From contig CAXXMD010000002.1 of assembly GCA_963675755.2 (NCBI GenBank), forward strand, positions 864,001 to 928,000: 64,000 nt of DNA, in the 5' to 3' direction. The notes under the pieces were generated by a model. That model saw only the letters and a program-made list of their open reading frames with translations, was not told the origin of the DNA and did not search any database. Numbering within the stretch: position 1 is the stretch's first letter; every line of letters starts with the position of its first letter. The position numbers and the translations under genes are program-made. Shown one piece after another: positions 31,297 to 41,002 of this stretch. Source of the stretch: a bacterium. Lineage in GTDB: Bacteria; Zhuqueibacterota; Zhuqueibacteria; Residuimicrobiales; Krinioviventaceae.

Positions 31297-32096
31297 AGAT
31301 GGGTACCTGCCCAAATAACAAACACTGCCATCGGATATAATAATAACTGCGCTAACAAAGTCCCTGCTACCCTGCTGATAATCATAAACACAATACATTT
31401 TGAATAATAATAGGGACTGGTCTTTCCTTCAAGAATATCATCTGTTAATAATGAAAAGAATGGATCCACAAAAATCACCAGAATTACTGTAGCCAAACCG
31501 GTTAACAATGGTGCAAAGCTGCCCGAGGTTAAACGTAATTCAGGATTCAAATACGAAGCCAGCATGGTAGCAAGCGATCCTGCGGTCAAAAACGCAACAG
31601 CTAAAAAATTCAATCCAATAATTCGTTTGGGGATGGATTTAATACTTTTTAAATGTTTGAAATTATCTGAAGATGGGATTTTAAATTGTTCTTTGAATTG
31701 TTTTATACCACTTTTGGTAAAACTGTGAACAATGACCTGGGGAATTGAACGATCTATATTAAAACGTTGTACAAACTTGACTAATATTCTTCTAAAAGTC
31801 GGCATGAGAACAGCACCGGCAATTGTACCCAATGTAGCAGCAAATAAGATAAAGTAAAAATAATGGGTAGACGGATTCAAAATTCCGGAACCAAGATCTG
31901 TCTCTACTTTTTTGGCAAGAATAGGTACCTGCAATGCATTAGCAGTACGAGACAATAATACCAGAATATTAAATAATGAAAAAGAAACAGTCAGTCTGCC
32001 TGTTTGAATTCCAACCAGTCTGACTGAATAGGCCAAAGTATTTATGGTATGAATAATAAATGTAAAAATAAATACAAATATTATTGAATTTGACAT
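31293..32096 (-). CDS. amj: Lipid II flippase Amj family (DUF2837)
   Basis: IHTINTLAYSVRLVG, SLFNILVLLSRTANALQ, ATVILVIFVDP, SRVAGTLLAQ. Confidence 0.85.
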   Translation of the reverse strand: MSNSIIFVFIFTFIIHTINTLAYSVRLVGIQTGRLTVSFSLFNILVLLSRTANALQVPILAKKVETDLGSGILNPSTHYFYFILFAATLGTIAGAVLMPTFRRILVKFVQRFNIDRSIPQVIVHSFTKSGIKQFKEQFKIPSSDNFKHLKSIKSIPKRIIGLNFLAVAFLTAGSLATMLASYLNPELRLTSGSFAPLLTGLATVILVIFVDPFFSLLTDDILEGKTSPYYYSKCIVFMIISRVAGTLLAQLLLYPMAVFVIWAGTHL

Positions 32097-32097
32097 T

Positions 32098-32844
32098 TTA
32101 AAAACTTGTAGAAAGGTTTAAACTAAACCTGGGATCATTATTAACTGAATCAATTTGAAAATTCATATCCAATACAGACTGATCAATATTCTTGTTATGC
32201 TTGTAAACTGACCAAACCGCATCAATGGCACTTACTACATGATTAGCCAGAATTGCACCAATAACAAAAGTTGCACGGTTATCTGCACGATCAGCAGAAA
32301 TCCTCAATTGTTCATAATTATGTTGATAGGTTGCATTTTCCCAATCCCAATACATTCCTTCAACATCATAATAATATTCAGGAAGATTGCGGTCCCTCAA
32401 CTTTGCAGCATTATATTCATTGATATTATCATAATTGCCCAGGTCAACAAAATAAGATTCGTCTTTATTAGAAAGGTCCACACCAGCATAAGAAGCAGCA
32501 TATGTCTTGTATTCGTCCTTGCGCCATTCGCGAAAAGTAACCAAACCGGAATAAGCCAGCCACAAAGTTACTTCTGATGCAAAAAAGTATTGTGCCTTTT
32601 TGGTATTCCCGGTATAGCGTTCTCCCAATCCGGGAAGAATCATAGACATTAAAAAAGCTTTACCCTTATTTTTGGGAACTATGGAATTTACAGAAAGATC
32701 CTTATTTGCCTCAACCTTGGGTGTTCCCTGAGCTAAAAGTAAATCTTTATTCAAAAACAAATCATTTGACAAAGATCCCGTTTGGGCTTGTAGTGTCGTT
32801 ATTGTTGTTAAAAAAATGAGTATTGTTAACAATGCTTGTTTCAT
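32098..32844 (-). CDS. Exported/membrane protein, DUF5683-like
   Basis: KAFLMSMILPGLGERY and ANHVVSAIDA motifs; C-terminal Phe; paralog of the neighbouring gene. Confidence 0.6.
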   Translation of the reverse strand: MKQALLTILIFLTTITTLQAQTGSLSNDLFLNKDLLLAQGTPKVEANKDLSVNSIVPKNKGKAFLMSMILPGLGERYTGNTKKAQYFFASEVTLWLAYSGLVTFREWRKDEYKTYAASYAGVDLSNKDESYFVDLGNYDNINEYNAAKLRDRNLPEYYYDVEGMYWDWENATYQHNYEQLRISADRADNRATFVIGAILANHVVSAIDAVWSVYKHNKNIDQSVLDMNFQIDSVNNDPRFSLNLSTSF

Positions 32845-32849
32845 ATAAT

Positions 32850-33674
32850 TCACCAGTTCATTCGTAAGGTTAAAGCTGTGTATTGTTTGTTATTATAATA
32901 TCTGGGTTCTAAACGGAGTGCAGTTTGAACTTTATTGTTATGGATTTTTGTACTCCAGGCAGCTTCAAAAGCACTTATAATGTGATTAAATACGGCAATA
33001 GTCACACCTGTAGTAGCACGTTTAAATGCCTGATTACTTGCATCACGACGATCTTCATAATACAAGCGGTTATCTGAAATGTATTTATTTCGGGTCATCT
33101 CTGTAACATCCATATTGATATTATAGCTGGGATCAGAACGAAAATCATCCCATCCCCAGTTGAATTGGTAATATTTGCCAATCATTTCATAATACTGCTG
33201 ATCCTTTTCAACATGCAGACCATGACTGAATGCTGATTGTTCCCAATCACGCAAAGCATCTATATCATTTGATGGTAAACCCGATTGTACAGAAATCCAA
33301 TTCCAGTATTCATCCTCACTCCAATGTGTATCGGCATAATCCTGAAATTCGTTTTCTATATCGGTTCCTTCCGCATCATTTACAAAATACATGGCCCACG
33401 AAGCAGCTTCAACAGTTAAAAATCCCAAAGCTTTTTTCCATGATCCATTATAATATTGTCCGGCACCAGGTATTGCCAAAGAATAGAATAATGCCTTTTT
33501 AACAGATTTAACATCATTGTTTTGAACAACTGCTGTAGATTGGGTTCCGGCCTCTACATCATTCATTACAATGAGGGGTGCTGTTGTATTTTGCAGATAT
33601 TCCTGCCAATCAGTTTTTTGGGAAAAAACTGATACTGCAAACATTAATGATAGTAGTAATAATTTTGTTCTCAC
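32850..33674 (-). CDS. Exported/membrane protein, DUF5683-like
   Basis: KALFYSLAIPGAGQYYNG, QQYYEMIGKY, NHIISAFEAA; C-terminal Trp. Likely GTG start at 33674 after GGAG. Confidence 0.6.
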   Translation of the reverse strand: MRTKLLLLSLMFAVSVFSQKTDWQEYLQNTTAPLIVMNDVEAGTQSTAVVQNNDVKSVKKALFYSLAIPGAGQYYNGSWKKALGFLTVEAASWAMYFVNDAEGTDIENEFQDYADTHWSEDEYWNWISVQSGLPSNDIDALRDWEQSAFSHGLHVEKDQQYYEMIGKYYQFNWGWDDFRSDPSYNINMDVTEMTRNKYISDNRLYYEDRRDASNQAFKRATTGVTIAVFNHIISAFEAAWSTKIHNNKVQTALRLEPRYYNNKQYTALTLRMNW

Positions 33675-33693
33675 TTTTAACTCCGTATTGGAT

Positions 33694-36600
33694 TTAATCC
33701 TGGAAATCAAACAATATACTTATATAATGACGCCATTCATTACCATAGGTATAACCTTCATGCTCAAATTCGTCAAGAGAATATGCGCTTGAAAATTCAA
33801 ATGCTGTGGGAAATCCATAAAAAGAGAATCCTGCAAAACGAAGATTAACACCGGCGTCTTTTTTAAAATCATCTAACTTGATCTCATCTGTATTAAATGC
33901 ATTTCCATAATCCACAAACGCACCCAGATAGAGATTGTTAGTGGTAATGTGTAAGAAACGCTTTTGCAGATTCTTGAAAATTGGAAAACGATAGGTAAAA
34001 CGTCCAACTAAAAGTTTACGTCCTTCTATACTGTAAAAAGGATACCCTCGTAAACCGGGCAAACCACCGGCAAAAAAATTGAAAAAGCTGTCAACCGGAC
34101 GATCAATCCAGCCTCCTATCAGATTTACATCAAGTGCATGATTACTGGTAAAAGGGATTCCATAGTACTGATGCATATTCAACTGCACCCGGCTGTAATT
34201 GAATTTCGTATAGACTTCCTGAGGTGTTCCATATTCATTATCTGTGGCAAAATCATCAAAGAAATCATTCATCTCATAGGTGTACTGGATATCTAATTTC
34301 ATTCCGGAAGTGGGATTAATAGAAGAATTTAAACTGGGTGCTACCCAATCTGCATCCCATTGTACACCAAAATGATTACCCACAAAATATGTATTATTTG
34401 GTGAAACCCATTTTACATTTTGAAAAAAGAAATCTTTGATCTTTGATGTATAACGCTGATGGCTGTACCAGGCTCTTACACCCAGATCCTTTGTAACGTG
34501 AAAACGTGCACCAATATCAGCTTCCAATATATTGAACTGAATATCCACAGGTGCTTTTTCGGGATAATCTTCAATCACATCAATAGAACGTTTAATATTT
34601 CGGGTAAATGCGTACAGTTCTAAAAAGATAACTGGTGGTAAATGGCGATACTCAAAAATGGCAAAAGCATCCAAATCCATTCGATGGTTCATAGCCACAC
34701 CACCAAGAATGGAATATCTTTCCAAAATATCACTTGCGTAAAAATAGGTGCCCAGCTTGACTTTATTAGAGTCAACCATAACTCTGGGCAAAACCATCAT
34801 TTGCCCATAATCCATGGAATAGGGTTCTGCTTTTACATCCGGTAACTTTGTATCATCATAATGTCGGGCTTGAGCAAATCGGTCATTCTTGAACGCATTG
34901 TCCAACTCCGGTGCAATATCATAAGCAACAGGATAAACAAGGTTAGAAGCATCAATGGGTTGAATATCTTCAATTGCAGCTATCTTATAACCATCATATT
35001 CAAAGTGAGAATATACAAGTTTATTATCCTTAGAAACTGACGGCATAAAGGCACCGCCAATAACATTGGTAACCGGTTCTGGATGTGTACCATCAGTTTT
35101 TACTCTGTAAATATTGTGTATGCCTGAACGGTCCCAGGCAAAGAAAATATAATCACCATTGGGTCCATAAACCGGATCACGAGCATCACCATATTCGGTA
35201 ACAACATCAGTGATTTTCTTTGATTCAATATTTACCGTTTTAATATCACGTCCATGAGGGCGTGATTGAGAAAATACAATATTCTTGCTATCCGGTGAAA
35301 AACGTGGAGAATAAACGCCTTCACCTTGCGAAAAATTTGTCAATTCTGTAAAGTTTTTCGCATCTTTATCCAGCATCATAATATTGTCCGTACCATCTTT
35401 TTGAACGATACAGACAATGTGTTCACCATCGGGTGACCAATCCGGATCTATGGAACGTAGACTGGAAGTTAATTTTTTCTCTTTCTTGGTATCAAAGTCA
35501 TAGACATATAAATCAAAGAAATGTGACATATCCTCAACCCGATGTCTTTTTTGATACAAAAGTTTTTTACCATCAGCTGACCAGGCAACACTTCCATTAA
35601 TACCGCCTTTGATAAACTGAGATTTATCAGTTTCCACATCATAAACAAACAACGAAGTCAAAGAAAGATAGTCAGAAGTTTTACTTCCACAATATGCAAT
35701 TTTTTTACCGTCAGGAGACCATACCGGTGAAATATTGCCAATACCTTCATCAATTAGTAATTTACCGGTTACCTGATTTGCTTTAACTGTTTCTAATCTT
35801 TTTGCATAATAGGTATTCAAATGCTCTTTCCACTCATCATAAAAAGTATAAGCATCTTTACCCGTAACATTCTTGATTGCACCATTCACGGAAAAGTTGA
35901 ATTTCTTTTTCAAATCCTGAGTAATGGTTTTAAGAGATTCTTCACCATAGTTATGGGCGATATAACGTGTAAGTGCGTAACCAGCATTATAGGTGCGCTC
36001 GTTACCCAGACTGTTTTTCCCAAATACTCCCATCTGATCGAATGTATGCAGCTTGTCATTTACCACAGCAGTACGAATTAACATGTCACGATGAGTGTCC
36101 CAGCGATCATAATCCAATCCCGAAATCATGTACTGGGCCATACCTTCTGCCAACCACATTGGCACAATTGTCATGGGAATTGCATAAGATGCAATCTGGT
36201 TCGGATAACCATACAATACATCGGGACGTTTTTCCTGCTCATAACCGATCCATTGTAAATACAATGCCGGCACACGTCTGGCCAGTTTGCGTGATGCACC
36301 CAAAGAGATCATATGGCTGAACTCGTGGGTAACAACATTACGAAGCCAGTTGTGGGTTCCTCGCAAAATGAATGTCATCTGGGGTGCCCAGATCTCTACC
36401 TTATTATCATAATAATAAGCAGCACCATTTGAATTATCATCAAAATCTTTAATAATAAAATGAATTTTACCATCAGGACGATAATCATACAAATCTGTGA
36501 CAGGTTTATAAATGTCCTCTCCTATTTGCATAACAACACGAGCTGTCCGCTCTGCACCTTTATGGAAATGGACTTTGAAATGTTCCGATTCTATGGTATA

Positions 36601-36696
36601 CCAGTCAAGTTCAGGATGAGTATAGTTGAATTCCTGGGCAAATATCTGGATGTTTAAAAATATAAATAATAAAAAGTATATCCGTTTCATTAGCAT
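33694..36696 (-). CDS. Gluzincin-like peptidase + TolB-like beta-propeller + Omp85/BamA-type barrel fusion
   Basis: VVTHEFSH and WLAEGMAQY (HExxH plus downstream E); repeated PxWSPDG (PD40) motifs; C-terminal GLRGYP barrel motif. Confidence 0.82.
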   Translation of the reverse strand: MLMKRIYFLLFIFLNIQIFAQEFNYTHPELDWYTIESEHFKVHFHKGAERTARVVMQIGEDIYKPVTDLYDYRPDGKIHFIIKDFDDNSNGAAYYYDNKVEIWAPQMTFILRGTHNWLRNVVTHEFSHMISLGASRKLARRVPALYLQWIGYEQEKRPDVLYGYPNQIASYAIPMTIVPMWLAEGMAQYMISGLDYDRWDTHRDMLIRTAVVNDKLHTFDQMGVFGKNSLGNERTYNAGYALTRYIAHNYGEESLKTITQDLKKKFNFSVNGAIKNVTGKDAYTFYDEWKEHLNTYYAKRLETVKANQVTGKLLIDEGIGNISPVWSPDGKKIAYCGSKTSDYLSLTSLFVYDVETDKSQFIKGGINGSVAWSADGKKLLYQKRHRVEDMSHFFDLYVYDFDTKKEKKLTSSLRSIDPDWSPDGEHIVCIVQKDGTDNIMMLDKDAKNFTELTNFSQGEGVYSPRFSPDSKNIVFSQSRPHGRDIKTVNIESKKITDVVTEYGDARDPVYGPNGDYIFFAWDRSGIHNIYRVKTDGTHPEPVTNVIGGAFMPSVSKDNKLVYSHFEYDGYKIAAIEDIQPIDASNLVYPVAYDIAPELDNAFKNDRFAQARHYDDTKLPDVKAEPYSMDYGQMMVLPRVMVDSNKVKLGTYFYASDILERYSILGGVAMNHRMDLDAFAIFEYRHLPPVIFLELYAFTRNIKRSIDVIEDYPEKAPVDIQFNILEADIGARFHVTKDLGVRAWYSHQRYTSKIKDFFFQNVKWVSPNNTYFVGNHFGVQWDADWVAPSLNSSINPTSGMKLDIQYTYEMNDFFDDFATDNEYGTPQEVYTKFNYSRVQLNMHQYYGIPFTSNHALDVNLIGGWIDRPVDSFFNFFAGGLPGLRGYPFYSIEGRKLLVGRFTYRFPIFKNLQKRFLHITTNNLYLGAFVDYGNAFNTDEIKLDDFKKDAGVNLRFAGFSFYGFPTAFEFSSAYSLDEFEHEGYTYGNEWRHYISILFDFQD

Positions 36697-36699
36697 TCT

Positions 36700-39573
36700 C
36701 TACTTAACCACTGCGATTTTTATAAACTGAACTGATGTATCACTAGAGCCGCTGGCTTCAATTCGTGCCAAATATGCTCCACTTTGTACATTACTAACAT
36801 CCCAACGGACCTCATGATCACCGGGTGTTGTGCCGCTTCCGGTTAATTCTTCTACAAATTCTCCGGCAATATCATAAATACGTATACTGACAGCACTTAC
36901 CGACTGGTTCAATCGGTAACGTATATTACTGAATCCACCATCAGCCGGGTTAGGATAACAATACGTTCCCTTTTCAGACAAAACCTTTGTAGATTGTGTC
37001 AACTGATGAGTGTCACCTGCAACACTGAAAGAATTTTGATTATTTCCACCATAACTGGTCCAGTTCTTGTCAGATGCCAACGTTATATCAAGATCAAAAA
37101 GATAAAAATATCCATCCGTTGAAATCACTCCACATTCCTGTTTTCCATCACCATCCATATCAACCAGGATTGGAGATACATGTACAGCACTGCCAACAGA
37201 CAGAGGAAAGCCTTCTACCATATCACCATTTGAATCATGCGCAGTTAACTGGCCTCCCAGTGTTGCGTTAATTACAATTGCACCATATTCATTTGTAACA
37301 GCAATCAATGGACTTGTCTTTTCTCCAATCAAATTATCACTTGTTAAATGAGCAGGAAAATTGGAAACAGGAGAATTTTCATAATTATATCCACGAATGT
37401 CAGATTGATATTGTCTGAACAGTTCAGGCAAACCGTCATTATCCATATCACCAACAGCAGGAAGTGTTGAAGCAAACATGGGTTCTGCACCTAAATTTCC
37501 ATCAAAATCTGCCAAAGCCAGAAAATTGGTTTGATTTGTGGTAGAGATATTTTTCGAATCCAGAATTTCAAGTGATGGTGATAATTTAAAATATTCACCA
37601 GTTTCGCTGATTATAGCAATTACATTTGATTGGTATGCCAAGCCGGTAATTGCGTTTGAACATATTGTTTTGCGGTCTATCACAGAATAATTGGGTGCAT
37701 CTACAATTACCAATTCACCATTAACAGTGCCTACAATTATGACTGTCAAGTTGGATAAAATTAGTGGGCCAGCAGTTATTTTAGATTGTATATCAATAAC
37801 CGTGTCGACTTTAGCAAAATTCTCGCCAACCCGAATTAAATATAATTTACCACTTTGACCGGCTAAAACCATCCTGTTTTGGTTGGTTCTGGTCGGTGGA
37901 AAAACTGCAGGAGGTAAAGAAAACGTATCATCAATATTTAAAACAAGATTTTCTTCTGTGTAGAATTCACCGTTTATATCCCAGCTAAACAATCTCCCAT
38001 CAACTGACAATGCAACTAGATAATTATTATTGTTAAAACCTACAGTTTTCAACGAACCGTTAAAAAATTCAGTACCTACATTTCTTGGAAATCCATCAAC
38101 CAGTCTGTCATTTTTGACAGAAAAAGTCATAACCGTATCATTATCACTAATGTTAAAAATATGAATATGACTTTTAGAACCATCATTTGCATTGCTGTTT
38201 GGAATGGTATAGGGAGACAAAGCTACTGTGTCAGTTTGATTATTGACATATTTATGAGATTCATTATCTGCCCAATAGGGATCATAATAGTCACCGGATT
38301 CTGCTCCCGAAGCAGCAGAAAATAGATCATAATAATAACCCAAATCCTGTGCACCATCACTTTCAACCAGATCAACACCGCGATGTTCACGGTCGTTATT
38401 GATACTATTGGTAGCAAGACTATCATTGATAATATTTTCATCAATATGCCAGATCAACAAGCCTGAACCGGGTAATCCAAAATCATATTCATCAATGCTT
38501 GTAATGACACCCAACTCACTATCAGCAGTTACATTGGCTTGAGTGTCAAATTGGGCTCTGTTTCCATTTTCATCACGGCCAAATGTCACTTCATCTTTAA
38601 CAGGATCTGTTTGGCGGTTTTCAACAAGAAAATATTCGGTAGAAGAAATTGGAATTTTATAGATATGAGGTGCAGAAGCTGTAGTTGTTGTGCCAATTTT
38701 CAAATCCGTACCATGTGTTACAACTACAGGTTCTTCCCATCCAAGATAAACTTTCATCCAGGCACATGGGTATGCGGGAATCAAGCCCTGCATATTATAT
38801 GAACCCTGATCCATCAGTCCCCAGCGGCCAATACCTGCGGAACCATCCAGCGTATTAAACATACTGGGCATACCCAGTTTGCTACCCATGAGCAGGGTCA
38901 TTGTTCCCAAAAGACCCAGTTCATAGCCTTCCTGACTTTGAGCTTCCGGTAAGATTATTCCTTCTTTAATAAAGATACCATCGCCAACATCAATCCCCTG
39001 ATAAGTGGTGTTACCCTCACCTAAAGTAGATTGCAAGGTTTCAAAGTCAAGATAAACTGACTGAATGTCATAGGGAGTTGCGTCAAAGTCAAAAGCAAAA
39101 TCACTACCAATACCAGCATGAAAAATTATAACACCATCATACTTGGAAAAGTCAGGATTATCATTTTCTATTGCCAAATTTATTACATCATAAAGTAATT
39201 CAGACCAGCGTTTATTTTTAAGCTCATCATTTTCCTGACCACTATAATAAACCATATTTTCAGACAATGTATATACTTCATTTTCACCTTCGGGTAATAC
39301 ATCCGCTTCAATTACAAGCTGATTATTAGATATTCTTGCAAAATAGTTCTTTAAAGCCAGCATCTGGTGTTGAAAATATGTACGATTATGGGGTGGTTTA
39401 TCTATGTTAAATTCACTTTCATTACCAAGATCAAACAATCCGTCACCTGTGGTAGTAGCAAGCTGATCTTGCTCAAACTGCGCACGTAATACCAGATAGT
39501 TGAGATTGCCCGACTGAGCAAATAGTAACGGAGTCAGAAATAAAAATAAAAACAATATGCTTCTTTTATACAT
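36700..39573 (-). CDS. M6 (InhA)-like domain + FG-GAP repeats + T9SS/FlgD-type C-terminal domain protein
   Basis: IIFHAGIG, GRWGLMDQG, WMKVYLGW, EYFLVENRQ, GLLIWHID (M6 fold); GDMDNDG and DMDGDG FG-GAP repeats; CYPNP...IYDIAGE...SGAYLARI...KIAVVK CTD. HExxH is absent. Confidence 0.8.
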   Translation of the reverse strand: MYKRSILFLFLFLTPLLFAQSGNLNYLVLRAQFEQDQLATTTGDGLFDLGNESEFNIDKPPHNRTYFQHQMLALKNYFARISNNQLVIEADVLPEGENEVYTLSENMVYYSGQENDELKNKRWSELLYDVINLAIENDNPDFSKYDGVIIFHAGIGSDFAFDFDATPYDIQSVYLDFETLQSTLGEGNTTYQGIDVGDGIFIKEGIILPEAQSQEGYELGLLGTMTLLMGSKLGMPSMFNTLDGSAGIGRWGLMDQGSYNMQGLIPAYPCAWMKVYLGWEEPVVVTHGTDLKIGTTTTASAPHIYKIPISSTEYFLVENRQTDPVKDEVTFGRDENGNRAQFDTQANVTADSELGVITSIDEYDFGLPGSGLLIWHIDENIINDSLATNSINNDREHRGVDLVESDGAQDLGYYYDLFSAASGAESGDYYDPYWADNESHKYVNNQTDTVALSPYTIPNSNANDGSKSHIHIFNISDNDTVMTFSVKNDRLVDGFPRNVGTEFFNGSLKTVGFNNNNYLVALSVDGRLFSWDINGEFYTEENLVLNIDDTFSLPPAVFPPTRTNQNRMVLAGQSGKLYLIRVGENFAKVDTVIDIQSKITAGPLILSNLTVIIVGTVNGELVIVDAPNYSVIDRKTICSNAITGLAYQSNVIAIISETGEYFKLSPSLEILDSKNISTTNQTNFLALADFDGNLGAEPMFASTLPAVGDMDNDGLPELFRQYQSDIRGYNYENSPVSNFPAHLTSDNLIGEKTSPLIAVTNEYGAIVINATLGGQLTAHDSNGDMVEGFPLSVGSAVHVSPILVDMDGDGKQECGVISTDGYFYLFDLDITLASDKNWTSYGGNNQNSFSVAGDTHQLTQSTKVLSEKGTYCYPNPADGGFSNIRYRLNQSVSAVSIRIYDIAGEFVEELTGSGTTPGDHEVRWDVSNVQSGAYLARIEASGSSDTSVQFIKIAVVK

Positions 39574-39621
39574 AGCAGGTCCTATGGTCTGTCATAAACA
39601 AGATACAATGTCATTTTTAAA

Positions 39622-39654
39622 ATTTGTGCACAGTTTATTTAACTGTGCACAAAT
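39622..39654. terminator. Perfect 14-bp hairpin directly after porV
   Basis: ATTTGTGCACAGTT-TATTT-AACTGTGCACAAAT; followed by a short U tract on the minus strand. Confidence 0.65.
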
Positions 39655-39666
39655 CAATATCTATTA

Positions 39667-40767
39667 TTAGAATACAAATGATAATGAAAAACGCATTGTA
39701 TTAGAAAGTGGGTGCCCCTCACTTGCAGCTACATAACCGAAATCAAAACGATACATATTGTACTGGATACCAGCACCAAAAGAAGTAAATTTTACTTTAC
39801 CAGGTTCATCCCAATAGTAACCGGCACGTAAAGCAATAAGATCGCCATACCAGTATTCAAGACCTGTACTCAAAATCCCATTGAAAATTGTGGATTCACC
39901 AACAAGTTCTTCTTTTTCATCATCACCCAGGTTTTCATATTCTTTTTCTACAACTGTCCAGGGTGAAGTAAATAAAGCTTTATACCACGCATCAGAAGTA
40001 CCATCAGCATTACGTTTAACCATCATATGGTTCATATCACCAACCCAGGTCAGTTTATTGAATTCATCATCGATGAATTTGTAGGCAAAACCGACTTTTA
40101 AATTGGTTGGCAATGGATCAGCTTGGGCAGCATCGATATAGGTAATTTTGGGACCCATATTGGAAAGATTGGCACCAAAGCTCAATTTACGATGGAATGG
40201 GATTTTGTAAATGGTAGACAAGTCAAATGAAAAAGCATTTGCTTTACCATCACCTTGTTCTGCACCAGCACCAACACTGGAAAGATTTGAGCGGATATAA
40301 CGCAAACCAACACCAACTGCCCAATCCTGATTCAACTTTGTACCATAGGTAGTAGAAATAGCAAATTCGTAACTGCTAAATGTACCCAATGGATCAGGAC
40401 CTGATTCATCAGTAATGGTTTGTTCACCAAGGTTCAAATAAGTTACATTTACACCAAATGAACCCAATCCTTCAACTGAATGACGATAAGCGGCAAAATC
40501 ATAATAAAGATCTGAACCAAATTGAGGCAGCCAATTAGCATGCATCAAGGTTAATTCACGTCCTTCAAGAAATCCTAATCCTGCAGGATTCCAGAAAACC
40601 GCTGTAGCATCATCAGCTAATGCAACAAAGGCTTCACCCATACCAGCAGCTCTGGCTCCGGGAGAAATCTGCAAAAACAACACTGCGGCTTCACTCACTG
40701 CATAAACCTGGCTGGAAGAAAACAGCACTGTTGAGATTGTAATTAAAGATAAAATCAGCTTTTTCAT
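39667..40767 (-). CDS. porV: PorV/PorQ family outer-membrane barrel (T9SS shuttle-like, FadL fold)
   Basis: FLQISPGARAAGMGEA, DATAVFWNPAGL, NMGPKITY...PLPTNLKVG, ALRAGY, HPLSNTMRFSL. AGGAGG RBS. Confidence 0.85.
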   Translation of the reverse strand: MKKLILSLITISTVLFSSSQVYAVSEAAVLFLQISPGARAAGMGEAFVALADDATAVFWNPAGLGFLEGRELTLMHANWLPQFGSDLYYDFAAYRHSVEGLGSFGVNVTYLNLGEQTITDESGPDPLGTFSSYEFAISTTYGTKLNQDWAVGVGLRYIRSNLSSVGAGAEQGDGKANAFSFDLSTIYKIPFHRKLSFGANLSNMGPKITYIDAAQADPLPTNLKVGFAYKFIDDEFNKLTWVGDMNHMMVKRNADGTSDAWYKALFTSPWTVVEKEYENLGDDEKEELVGESTIFNGILSTGLEYWYGDLIALRAGYYWDEPGKVKFTSFGAGIQYNMYRFDFGYVAASEGHPLSNTMRFSLSFVF

Positions 40768-40795
40768 CAGAGTATACCTCCTGTTATCACATAGT

Positions 40796-40856
40796 AAAAA
40801 AAAATCCGAACCTAAAAGAGTTGCTCCCTAAAGAAGTTACCCTTTTACATCCGGAT
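40796..40856 (-). terminator. Intrinsic terminator in the porV leader
   Basis: RNA AUCCGGA-UG-UAAAAGGGU-AA-CUUCU-UUA-GGGAG-CA-ACUCUUUUA-GG-UUCGGAU followed by U8; ends about 14 nt before the porV RBS. Confidence 0.8.
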
Positions 40857-40996
40857 AATATATTCCACGGGCAAGCTTCATAGTTCGCAAACAGGTTTAA
40901 ATAATAAAGAATTAAAGTTATTTCAAATACCAATCAGTTAATTTAATTAAACCTATAACGAACTTTAATAAGCTTACTCCTTGTTTGTGATTAAAT
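40796..40996 (-). ncRNA. Candidate structured cis-regulatory leader (riboswitch/attenuator-like) or sRNA
   Basis: Hairpin of about 110 nt (40869-40980) with G-U pairs only on the minus strand, an alternative antiterminator helix, a terminator and an upstream promoter. No family recognised. Confidence 0.55.
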
Positions 40997-41002
40997 CTAA
41001 TA

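Noticed and set aside
40796-41000. Leader as a known RNA (T-box, glycine, c-di-GMP-I/II, yybP-ykoY, SRP, 6S)
   Set aside because: Only fragments resemble these (GUGGAAU, GAACUAUGAAG, GGAGUAAGC). UGGNACC, the GCAC/GUGC pseudoknot, GAGACC, the SRP loop and a 6S central bubble are not evident. A cmscan run is still needed.
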